64,000 bases of DNA from Candidatus Jorgensenbacteria bacterium (lineage in GTDB: Bacteria > Patescibacteriota > Minisyncoccia > UBA6257 > GWB1-50-10): assembly GCA_030648515.1 (NCBI GenBank), contig JAUSHK010000002.1:7799-71798 (forward strand), given 5' to 3'. The notes beneath the pieces were generated by a model. It was not told the origin of the DNA. It saw only the letters and a program-made list of their open reading frames with translations, and searched no databases. Position numbers and translations under genes: made by a program. Positions 20,347 to 28,357 of the stretch are shown here, piece after piece (positions within the stretch are counted from its first letter, which is position 1; every line of letters begins with the position of its first letter).

Positions 20347-20521
20347 TTTTCCTTAATTGCTTGCGTAGGGCGACCTCTCATCTGGTCCGGCAGATGAATC
20401 TGCGACCTCCTTCGCCACTTACGGGCAACAGAGGCAAAACCAACTGAAACACCTACTTGACACGCATTATACACTATCCTCCTAAAAAAGCAAGCTCTCA
20501 CTATATTTCAGTTTCAAACGA
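20347..20521 (-). promoter_or_regulatory. candidate promoter and long structured 5' UTR of the RRM gene
   Basis: On the minus strand, 'TTGCTT' - 16 nt - 'TATAAT' sits about 130 nt upstream of the ATG. The leader contains short hairpins. Confidence 0.35.
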
Positions 20522-20908
20522 CTAGAACAGCGCGTACGCCCACGGTTCGGGCACGGCGAGAAAAATCAGCGCGGCGCCGATGAGCGCGATATTCTTCATA
20601 AAATGAACTGTGTCCGCCATCCGTTCCTCCGGAGTTTTCGCCCTCCAAAACGCGTGCATGACAAACGTTATCAATACAAGAGACACAACTAAAAACAAAA
20701 CGGCGTACTGAATATACACGCCGGCGATAATTCCAAGCCCTCCGAGAAAAATAAACACTCCTGTAATTGTCACCGCGACTCCAGCAAGGGGCGTACCCTT
20801 TGAGGAGGCGTATGCTTTCATCATTTCAAACTTCGTAAAATGGTTTATGCCGTTTATGATAAAAAGCCCGCCGAACAAAACCCGCCCTATAAGAAAAAGG
20901 ATATCCAT
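20522..20908 (-). CDS. DoxX-family membrane protein
   Basis: About 130 aa with four TM helices and the DoxX-like N-terminus 'LFLIGRVLFGGLFIINGINHF'. Confidence 0.65.
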   Translation of the reverse strand: MDILFLIGRVLFGGLFIINGINHFTKFEMMKAYASSKGTPLAGVAVTITGVFIFLGGLGIIAGVYIQYAVLFLVVSLVLITFVMHAFWRAKTPEERMADTVHFMKNIALIGAALIFLAVPEPWAYALF

Positions 20909-20922
20909 ATTATTTATAATTA

Positions 20923-21543
20923 TTATTTTGCAACGCTCACGCTTTTAATTATAACCGGCTGCGTCGGCCGGTCGTTTGCTCCCGTCGGCACATTGCCGAT
21001 TGTGTCCACAACATTTTGCCCCTCAGTTATCTTTCCGAAAATCGTATAGTGGCTCGCGAGAGGATAATCCGCAAGCATGATGAAAAACTGGCTACCGTTA
21101 GTGTTTGGACCGGCATTTGCCATAGCAACAACTCCTTTCTTGTAACCGGCTTTGTACGACGGTGTCGCCGGATTCAACTCATCATCAAAGCGATAACCTG
21201 GCCCGCCAGTGCCATCCCCGCTCGGATCCCCTCCTTGAATCATAAATCCCTTAATAACGCGGTGGAAAGTAAGATTATTGTAAAATCCCTTCTCCGCGAG
21301 TGAAATAAAATTTTGAACGGTTTTCGGCGCGTCTGCATCATACGTTTCAAAAATGATTTTCCCAAAATTTGTATCAAGTGTTATGTGATGCATGTTATTT
21401 TTTAGCGTCTCCGCGGCTAATCCCTTAGCGGCATCGTCTTCAAGCTGCTGCGTCTGTTTTCGCAAGACCATATAAAATCCCCCGAGAACTAACGCGACTA
21501 CAGCTATCGCGATTGTGATATTAACGGCTCCGCGTTTATTCAT
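20923..21543 (-). CDS. peptidyl-prolyl cis-trans isomerase, cyclophilin type (membrane-anchored)
   Basis: 'FHRVIKGFMIQGGDP...GGPGY' cyclophilin core, with an N-terminal TM helix. Confidence 0.9.
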   Translation of the reverse strand: MNKRGAVNITIAIAVVALVLGGFYMVLRKQTQQLEDDAAKGLAAETLKNNMHHITLDTNFGKIIFETYDADAPKTVQNFISLAEKGFYNNLTFHRVIKGFMIQGGDPSGDGTGGPGYRFDDELNPATPSYKAGYKKGVVAMANAGPNTNGSQFFIMLADYPLASHYTIFGKITEGQNVVDTIGNVPTGANDRPTQPVIIKSVSVAK

Positions 21544-21777
21544 GTAAAAGCTATTGTATCACCTTCGCGATGTGAAAATCAATCGCTTTAGGCAAAAAAT
21601 CAACAATAGAGATTGCGAACGGAGAGCGGCTTGCCTAGCTTGAAAAAGATTTCCGCAACTTCCGTTCGGCCTCAAGTTTTTTTGATTGCGAATTAGAAAT
21701 AAACTGCCTGTACCGAAATGACGATGGCGTCCGGTATGCCGGCTTGCCTTTTCTATTACCTACTTTCGCGTAATTTC

Positions 21778-22479
21778 TCATTTTAATTCGTATATCATGT
21801 CCTTGCGCTCAACAACTATTTCCCATCCCCTCCGTTTTGCGTAGTCATACAGTTTCCTGTTTGGATTGAAACAAATCGGCCGTTCAACGAGTTTAAGAAA
21901 CGCGACATCGCTTTCCGTATCCCCAACGCCAATTGAGCCACGAAGCGTAAGATTATCCTTCAAAACCGCACGTTTCAAAACCTTTGCCTTGTCGCGGATG
22001 ATATCAAGATACAAAATCTTTCCGGTAAACTTATTATTACTGTCAGTTTCATACATCCTCCCATACACCTTGTTAAATCCGAGCTTTTTGCAAAATTCTT
22101 CAACGATTTCTTTCGGCGAATTGGAAATTGCAAGCAGAAAATAATTTTTCTTTTCGAGCCCGCGGACCAAATCGCGCGTGTAGCGGTATACGCGGTCCTT
22201 GTGGAATTCCGCGACTTCTTTACAAATTTTTAAAAATTCAAAATGCGAAACTCCTTTGAGATTTGCCATGTAGCCACGAACTACCGCCTCAATATAATCC
22301 TCGTATGTCCCCCGCCGGTCGAGCCACGCCCGATATTCTTTCGCGTATACTTTCGTAACGCTTCGTTTAAAAATCCCCGCCTGAATCAATGCGTCAATAA
22401 GCTCAATAATTAAACTGGAACGGAAAATTGTTCCGTCTATATCAAAAATCGCAACCCGCTGCTTCTTCTCCTTTTCCAC
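21778..22479 (-). CDS. HAD-superfamily hydrolase (subfamily IB-like)
   Basis: Motif I 'AIFDIDGTI' and C-terminal motif 'GVGDTESD'. Confidence 0.7.
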   Translation of the reverse strand: MEKEKKQRVAIFDIDGTIFRSSLIIELIDALIQAGIFKRSVTKVYAKEYRAWLDRRGTYEDYIEAVVRGYMANLKGVSHFEFLKICKEVAEFHKDRVYRYTRDLVRGLEKKNYFLLAISNSPKEIVEEFCKKLGFNKVYGRMYETDSNNKFTGKILYLDIIRDKAKVLKRAVLKDNLTLRGSIGVGDTESDVAFLKLVERPICFNPNRKLYDYAKRRGWEIVVERKDMIYELK

Positions 22480-22520
22480 CTAATTATTATACTCCTGGGG
22501 CAGCACGTTTTCCCGAGGCG

Positions 22521-23030
22521 TCAACAGCACAAAACACCATAGTTTAAAGTCCAAACAGAAAATGTCAGATACGTGGCAAAGATAACCCACACTGCGTACG
22601 GGATAAGAAGCACCGATGCCAAGCGCAATAAAGCCGCGTTTCGCCCCGCGCGAAGCGACGCCTGCCATATGAGTATGACGAGGGCGATAACAGTTGCGCT
22701 AAGAAGTCCCGCTTCAAAAGTTGCTGCCGCGACGGCATATTTATAAAAAAACAAATAGCTCCACGCGACGTTTAAAATCGCGTTCAGTATAAAAATTACG
22801 ATGACCCAGCTGAACGTAATATTCCTTCGGGCGGCGTTATAAAAAATGATTGCCGATATCGCCGTCAAAACAAAAAGCACGGTCCATACGGAACCGATTA
22901 TATTCCCGGAAGGAGTGAACCAGGGAAGTTTGAGTGTTTCGTACCACGCCATGCCGCCAGAAGTAATCAATCCTCCGATAACCGCGGTGGCGATTGTAAT
23001 AATTGGTATGACAAAAAGATTAAGCTTCAC
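22521..23030 (-). CDS. tspO: TspO/MBR family tryptophan-rich sensory protein
   Basis: Five TM helices, Trp-rich, conserved 'LPWFTPSG' region. Confidence 0.8.
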   Translation of the reverse strand: MKLNLFVIPIITIATAVIGGLITSGGMAWYETLKLPWFTPSGNIIGSVWTVLFVLTAISAIIFYNAARRNITFSWVIVIFILNAILNVAWSYLFFYKYAVAAATFEAGLLSATVIALVILIWQASLRAGRNAALLRLASVLLIPYAVWVIFATYLTFSVWTLNYGVLCC

Positions 23031-23049
23031 GTATTAAGTATATCAGTTT

Positions 23050-23634
23050 TTACTTGAAGGGCGTTGGGTCGCACACGGTATCCGTGCTATTGCAGCCAAA
23101 TTGCATCCAATCATAAAACACTGCCGGGTCGCCATTGATCGCGTACCGCACGTCCCGCACCGTCGGAAACTGTTTGAGTGTTTCGTGAATTGACGCGAGA
23201 AAATGCGCGCTCCCGCAGCTCGCGCTCGCATTAGGAATAATTCCGCGGACATCGTATAGGTCAACGTACGCAATGCCATTTTGCACCTTCACGTTTTTTA
23301 AAATAGCTGATGTTTTTTCGGAAAATAGAGAATTATATCCGCGATCCTCTTCCGCCACGGTCGGCCCATTAAATAATTCCTGAAGCACCACTCTCGCCAC
23401 GCCCTCGGTTTTTGAAACTTCGCGCTCAACCGGAAATACCTTATTGCAATCAATGGAATTTGGGTTCATCGCCGAATTTCCGAAAAATACTTCGAGTACT
23501 ATTGTCTCATTACCAACAATCACCTTCTCGTTTTGGTTTACATACCACCCGGCAAAAACGCCGATTAAAATTCCAACCAACACTGAAATAATTTTTATTT
23601 TCATATTAAACCTAATCATACGCCAATCGTGCAA
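23050..23634 (-). CDS. secreted/membrane-anchored protein with a GerMN-like domain
   Basis: N-terminal TM helix. Loose resemblance to GerMN/sporulation-germination lipoprotein domains. Confidence 0.35.
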   Translation of the reverse strand: MHDWRMIRFNMKIKIISVLVGILIGVFAGWYVNQNEKVIVGNETIVLEVFFGNSAMNPNSIDCNKVFPVEREVSKTEGVARVVLQELFNGPTVAEEDRGYNSLFSEKTSAILKNVKVQNGIAYVDLYDVRGIIPNASASCGSAHFLASIHETLKQFPTVRDVRYAINGDPAVFYDWMQFGCNSTDTVCDPTPFK

Positions 23635-23642
23635 AACAAAAA

Positions 23643-23661
23643 GGCCGTCGCGCTGACGGCC
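23643..23661 (-). terminator. rho-independent terminator
   Basis: Stem 'ggccgtc/gacggcc' preceded on the + strand by an A-run, which is a T-run on the minus strand. Lies downstream of the 23687..24109 gene. Confidence 0.5.
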
Positions 23662-23686
23662 TTAAATAATGTATTACATTATCCTA

Positions 23687-24109
23687 CTAATAAACCGGCA
23701 AAGATCGTCTCCCCCTGCTCTTCTTTGTAAAGTATCCGTCCCATGGCCATTTAGGGAGCTCTATGTAAACTCTGCCTGGGAAAACAGCCCAAATGAAAAT
23801 CGCGCCTACGGGCACAAATTTTTCTCTTGTTTTCCTTTTAAAAAGCACCTCCGCTGATTTTACCATCCAATTCAACGATTTGGCGCGTGGCAGAGTTTTA
23901 GTAAGAAAAATTTTATTTTCTTTCCCACTGCCGAATGTTACAATGATGACTTTAAATCTTCTCGGTAATTGCTCATTTTTTACCAACAATTCTTTGGCTT
24001 TTTTAAGCGATTCGAGTGAAATTCCATCAGTTGGTAGATTTGTACTTTTCTTCGCGCAACGAATCAACGCCCTAACGGTTTTCAATGTAACTCTTCTAAC
24101 AGGCAACAT
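23687..24109 (-). CDS. hypothetical basic protein
   Basis: ORF only. Lys/Arg-rich. Confidence 0.3.
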   Translation of the reverse strand: MLPVRRVTLKTVRALIRCAKKSTNLPTDGISLESLKKAKELLVKNEQLPRRFKVIIVTFGSGKENKIFLTKTLPRAKSLNWMVKSAEVLFKRKTREKFVPVGAIFIWAVFPGRVYIELPKWPWDGYFTKKSRGRRSLPVY

Positions 24110-24190
24110 ATTTCCTCCGTATGATTAACGTTATTATGTTTAAGTTCTAGCTACACTGTACCGCTAATTCTTAAAACAGTCAATCAAAAA

Positions 24191-24212
24191 GACCGCTGTG
24201 GTCGCAGCGGCC
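24191..24212 (-). terminator. rho-independent terminator (bidirectional)
   Basis: Hairpin 'ccgctg-tggtcg-cagcgg' flanked by an A5 run and a T5 run. Confidence 0.5.
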
Positions 24213-24242
24213 TTTTTGAAAATTTTTAAACGAGTAATGTTC

Positions 24243-24476
24243 TTACTTCCCGTGCGAGTGGCCGCAGCAACCCTTACACATCCCGCACTGGTCGCCTTCC
24301 TTTCCGCTGCATTTCTCGCATTTCCAGCCATGACGGCCGTGCTTCACAATCATTTTAATACCGACTGCAAGCACAAAAATCGGCCAAAATGTGGCAAAAA
24401 GCGCCGCCGTAATCAGACCGAGATTCTGTAACAACAGAATAAGTCCGACAATAATCAGTAAAATTCCTATAAACAT
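24243..24476 (-). CDS. small membrane protein with a Cys/His-rich metal-binding tail
   Basis: Two TM helices, then 'HGRHGWKCEKCSGKEGDQCGMCKGCCGHSHGK'. Confidence 0.4.
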   Translation of the reverse strand: MFIGILLIIVGLILLLQNLGLITAALFATFWPIFVLAVGIKMIVKHGRHGWKCEKCSGKEGDQCGMCKGCCGHSHGK

Positions 24477-24581
24477 AGTTATTGACTCGTATCGTACGAC
24501 CTTTCGTATGTTGCCTTATTATAACAAAAATATAAAAATGCGCGCTTTCGCATCTCTGGGCGCTCCGGTATAATAAATCTT

Positions 24582-25163
24582 ATGAACCGAGTTTTTAAAA
24601 TCTACGTCTTCCGCCACGGGCAGACATATTTCAATGAGAAGAAAACGTTTACCGGCTTTAAGGATTCAAAACTTTCCACGCGCGGAATTGCGGAAGCAAA
24701 AATAATCACGAGGAAACTGAAAAACAAAAAATTTCAGATAGTTTTTCAAACCCATTTGTCGCGCTCAAAAGACACCTTAAAAGAAGTGATGAAATTTCAC
24801 CCGGAATGCTACGCAATTATTGAGGACGACAGGATGATTGAACGCGGGTACGGAAAACTTGAAGGGAAAACGCATGAAAAAACAATAAAAAAATACGGAC
24901 AAGAAAAATATGACGCATGGCATCGCGGTTTCCGTACGCGTCCGCCCGGCGGAGAAAGTTTTGCAGATGTCGAAAAACGCGTGCGGTCGTTTATAAAAGA
25001 CCTCATTGCGCTTATTAAAAAAGAGCGCGTAAACGTCGCGATATCAGCCCACGGAAACTCTATCCGCCTCTTCCGTAAAATCATGGAACACGCTTCAGAA
25101 AAAGAGGCGTGCTCATGGTTCATCCCCTACGACAAAGTTTTTGAATACAAAATAAAAGCGTAA
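24582..25163 (+). CDS. histidine phosphatase family protein (phosphoglycerate mutase-like)
   Basis: 'RHGQT' catalytic motif at the N-terminus and a conserved His near the C-terminus ('SAHGNS'). Confidence 0.8.
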   Translation: MNRVFKIYVFRHGQTYFNEKKTFTGFKDSKLSTRGIAEAKIITRKLKNKKFQIVFQTHLSRSKDTLKEVMKFHPECYAIIEDDRMIERGYGKLEGKTHEKTIKKYGQEKYDAWHRGFRTRPPGGESFADVEKRVRSFIKDLIALIKKERVNVAISAHGNSIRLFRKIMEHASEKEACSWFIPYDKVFEYKIKA

Positions 25164-25709
25164 TTATTCCGCAAACACCGCCATTGAAACCGTCGTGGTC
25201 CAAAGACCGTCCTTATTCCCTTCCGCTGACTGGGTAATGTGCGTCGTACGAAAGATATGCCCGCTCGCTTTATAAATCTGCTCGCGTTCTTCCCAGGCCA
25301 TCTCTGCGTCAAATTCAATTCCAAGCGTTGTCGCAAGCATCGTCGCCGCCAAATCCTCTGCGTATTCGCCTGATTTTTTTTCAGGCTCCCCGAATGAGTG
25401 ATGTTCGGAAAGATATCCGTAGTTTTCCGAATTTGACGGCACGGCGATACCTATAGAAGAAGAGATGAGCCGGTTTGGCTCGTTGGTTTCATTGCGCGCC
25501 ATAACACAAAACGTAATTTGTCCCGGCTGGAGCAGCGCGACACCGTCTCTTTTAGGAACGACTTTGCAGTGCGGCGGAAGAATACTAGAAACATAAACTA
25601 GATTGCATTTTTCAACACCGGCATCCCTAAGCGCCACTTCAAATGATGCGAGTTTGTCCTTATGAACACCGACGCCTTTTGTGAGAAATAATTTTTTAGG
25701 AGTGAACAT
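25164..25709 (-). CDS. pdaD: pyruvoyl-dependent arginine decarboxylase (PvlArgDC/PdaD)
   Basis: 'FLTKGVGVH...[25 protein letters not shown]', with the self-cleaving Ser-Ser site of the PvlArgDC family. Confidence 0.75.
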   Translation of the reverse strand: MFTPKKLFLTKGVGVHKDKLASFEVALRDAGVEKCNLVYVSSILPPHCKVVPKRDGVALLQPGQITFCVMARNETNEPNRLISSSIGIAVPSNSENYGYLSEHHSFGEPEKKSGEYAEDLAATMLATTLGIEFDAEMAWEEREQIYKASGHIFRTTHITQSAEGNKDGLWTTTVSMAVFAE

Positions 25710-25799
25710 AGAAAAAGAAAATGACTGCTAACGCGAACAAGATGCATTGTAGCACGCCGGCTTCGCGAACGTTCTGTGTATAACCCGCGCGCACCAGTG

Positions 25800-26510
25800 C
25801 TATTCTTTCCGCTTCGGCGCAGAACGCACGATTTTAATTATCTCCGCATCGCTGTCAGTGACAGTGAACAGCTCCAGGTCTTTTGCGTCTATTGTTTTGA
25901 ACTTCTTGAGTAGGTTTGCGCGCATAAATGAAATAATCGGTTTCCAATATTCCGTCCCGACTAAAATAACCGGCACGTGTGGAATTTTCTTTGTTTGAAT
26001 AAGCGTGATAATTTCAAAAAATTCATCGAGCGTACCAATTCCACCAGGAAAATAAACGTACGACTCGGCGGAAAATGAAAGAATTACTTTTCGGCTGAAA
26101 AAATGATGGAAAGATACGTTTTCCGTAACATATGGATTCACAGACTGCTCGTTCGGCAATTGAATACTGAAACCGATTGAAGCTCCGCCTGCCTCTTTCG
26201 CACCGCGGTTCGCCGCCTCCATAATCCCTGGGCCCCCGCCGGTTACAACCGTGTACCCTATTTTAACGAGCGCTCCGGCGACGCGGCGCGCCTGTATATA
26301 ATATTTATTATCTTCAGCAAACCGCGTTGAACCGAAAAATGTTACCGAGAGTTTATGTGCGCTTATAAGCTTAAACCCCTCGGCAAATTCTTTCGCGATA
26401 AGAAACACCCGCAGTTTTGTCTGCGTCTCAAAATCGCTTAAATTAATTGACTGCACCCCAATAGCCGGCGTGTTCTCTTTTTTCATTGTGAATATTATAG
26501 CATCTAACAA
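25800..26510 (-). CDS. LOG family protein (cytokinin riboside 5'-monophosphate phosphoribohydrolase / TIGR00730)
   Basis: 'TGGGPGIMEAANRGA' and 'PGGIGTLDEFFE' LOG motifs. Confidence 0.85.
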   Translation of the reverse strand: MLDAIIFTMKKENTPAIGVQSINLSDFETQTKLRVFLIAKEFAEGFKLISAHKLSVTFFGSTRFAEDNKYYIQARRVAGALVKIGYTVVTGGGPGIMEAANRGAKEAGGASIGFSIQLPNEQSVNPYVTENVSFHHFFSRKVILSFSAESYVYFPGGIGTLDEFFEIITLIQTKKIPHVPVILVGTEYWKPIISFMRANLLKKFKTIDAKDLELFTVTDSDAEIIKIVRSAPKRKE

Positions 26511-26557
26511 AAAATAAAGAGGCCCGCTGAAGTCTCAGCGAGCCCCGAATTATTTAC

Positions 26558-27289
26558 CTATGTCTTCGCGGCATTTCTCCGCTCAAGAAATTCCTTTCCC
26601 TTGCCCACACTCACATTTATCGGCGCGCCTTTTGCGCAAAGTGGACATTTTGCTTCATCCCACGAATCAAGCTTGATATCAGTAAGCGCAAAGAGTTTTG
26701 GTACGTCTTCCAAATCCTGCGAAGTAACGCCTCCGCGATTGCAAAGTACACCAACGCCAATAACTTTGCCGCCACAAGCGCGCGTAGCTTGGACAACTTT
26801 CTTAGCAGAGCCGCCGGTGGTAAGCACGTCTTCTACAACCAAAACTCTCTTAATCGAGACAAGGTCGCCATAACCGCGCTTAATGGCAAACGCATCTTCC
26901 TTAACCACAAGCTCCTCGCCCTTCAAGAGAGTGAGAACTCCATCACCAAAATTGATGGTAACTTCCTCATCGGCTTTACGAAGTGAGCGTTCAGCTTTTT
27001 CGGCATAAGCGCTGAATACATCACGTCCGGTTATATCTGAAAGATGGAACGCTATCCATTGCGAAAGTATCACGCCCCCAACCGCCGGAGCGATAACAAC
27101 ATCCACATCATCGTCTACAAACCGTTTTGCGATTTCCCAGCACAAATCCGATGTCACCCTGGTATGCGGGTAAACCTTGTCTTTGTTCACATAAGCGCTG
27201 CCGTGTCTGCCGGAAGTGTAAACAATGTGGCTATCGGTAATCACAGCGCCCACCTTACTAAGAATTCCCAAAATTTCTTTTTCCTTCAT
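26558..27289 (-). CDS. pyrE: orotate phosphoribosyltransferase-like type I PRTase
   Basis: PRPP-binding motif 'VLVVEDVLTTGGS'. Translationally coupled downstream of pyrF by a start/stop overlap. Confidence 0.65.
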   Translation of the reverse strand: MKEKEILGILSKVGAVITDSHIVYTSGRHGSAYVNKDKVYPHTRVTSDLCWEIAKRFVDDDVDVVIAPAVGGVILSQWIAFHLSDITGRDVFSAYAEKAERSLRKADEEVTINFGDGVLTLLKGEELVVKEDAFAIKRGYGDLVSIKRVLVVEDVLTTGGSAKKVVQATRACGGKVIGVGVLCNRGGVTSQDLEDVPKLFALTDIKLDSWDEAKCPLCAKGAPINVSVGKGKEFLERRNAAKT

Positions 27290-28218
27290 GATTTCACCTC
27301 CTCATTTTTCCAATTAAGAATTTCCCTGATTTGATTATTTAATTTTTCCGTTTCTTCGCGGGCGCGTTCGGCAAAATCCGGGCCGCTTGACGCGTGAATT
27401 ATCCCGCGCGATGAGTTAACAATCGCCCGGCACTTGCCGTGACAACAACAGGCGGCTCTCACAGATTTTTCAAGATCGCCGCCCTGCGCGCCAATGCCGG
27501 GTATAAGAATTGGCATTTCGCAAGCAACGTTCCTGATATTTTTAATCTCCTCTTCCGGCGCCGTAGCACCGACAACCAGCGCGCAATTTCCGTTTTCGTT
27601 CCATTTCGTCGCAACGCGGAACGCAACATATTGGTAGAGCGGGATGAGAAAATCAGTCATCTCATGTCCGAAAATCCTATCGAATTCTCGATATTCCCCG
27701 CTTTTATAAACGTCCACCAAAACATTCTGAAACTCTCCAGCACCTGGATTCGACGTTTTACAAAGAACGATGACGCCCTTGTCCTTCAAATCCAGAAATG
27801 GCTTAAGCGCCTCCTTGCCGAGATACGGGTTTACCGTCACCGCATCGGCATTGCACTCCCCGAACGCGAACTTTATATGCCCAAGATTGGTATTTCCAAT
27901 GTCGCCGCGTTTCACATCAAGAATAACCGGTACGGTTGGAACTTCATTGTTGATAAAGGCAATAGTTTCGGTAAGCGCCTTTATTCCTTCTATTCCGTGC
28001 CTTTCATAGAAAGCTGTGTTTATTTTGTAAACATTGGTTAAGTCCATGGTCATCTCAACTATCGCGCGATTAAATTGCCACAAAGAACCGGATACGGATG
28101 GATGCGAGCTCCTCATAACTTCAGGAATTTTTTCATACTCGGGATCCAATCCAACTGATACAAATTTCCCCTGCGCCCATTGGGCAAGTAACATCTGCAT
28201 AAAATTCCTCTTTTCCAT
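27286..28218 (-). CDS. pyrF: orotidine 5'-phosphate decarboxylase (type 2, long form)
   Basis: 'VGLDP' N-terminal motif and 'ILDVKRGDIGNT' catalytic Lys/Asp motif. Confidence 0.85.
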   Translation of the reverse strand: MEKRNFMQMLLAQWAQGKFVSVGLDPEYEKIPEVMRSSHPSVSGSLWQFNRAIVEMTMDLTNVYKINTAFYERHGIEGIKALTETIAFINNEVPTVPVILDVKRGDIGNTNLGHIKFAFGECNADAVTVNPYLGKEALKPFLDLKDKGVIVLCKTSNPGAGEFQNVLVDVYKSGEYREFDRIFGHEMTDFLIPLYQYVAFRVATKWNENGNCALVVGATAPEEEIKNIRNVACEMPILIPGIGAQGGDLEKSVRAACCCHGKCRAIVNSSRGIIHASSGPDFAERAREETEKLNNQIREILNWKNEEVKS

Positions 28219-28357
28219 AGATCCTCCATTTTTAAATGTTTTATTTGTACTACCTAAGTTAACTAGCTAAAAAGAACGTACCACGCAGAATGCTTTCCTG
28301 TCAATTTTATAAAGCAAAACCGCCCCGATATTGCATCGGAGCGGCCCCGTATAACCT

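Noticed and set aside
20440-20480. + strand TTGACA...TATACA promoter-like hexamers
   Set aside because: The spacing is only about 5 nt and there is no + strand gene downstream.
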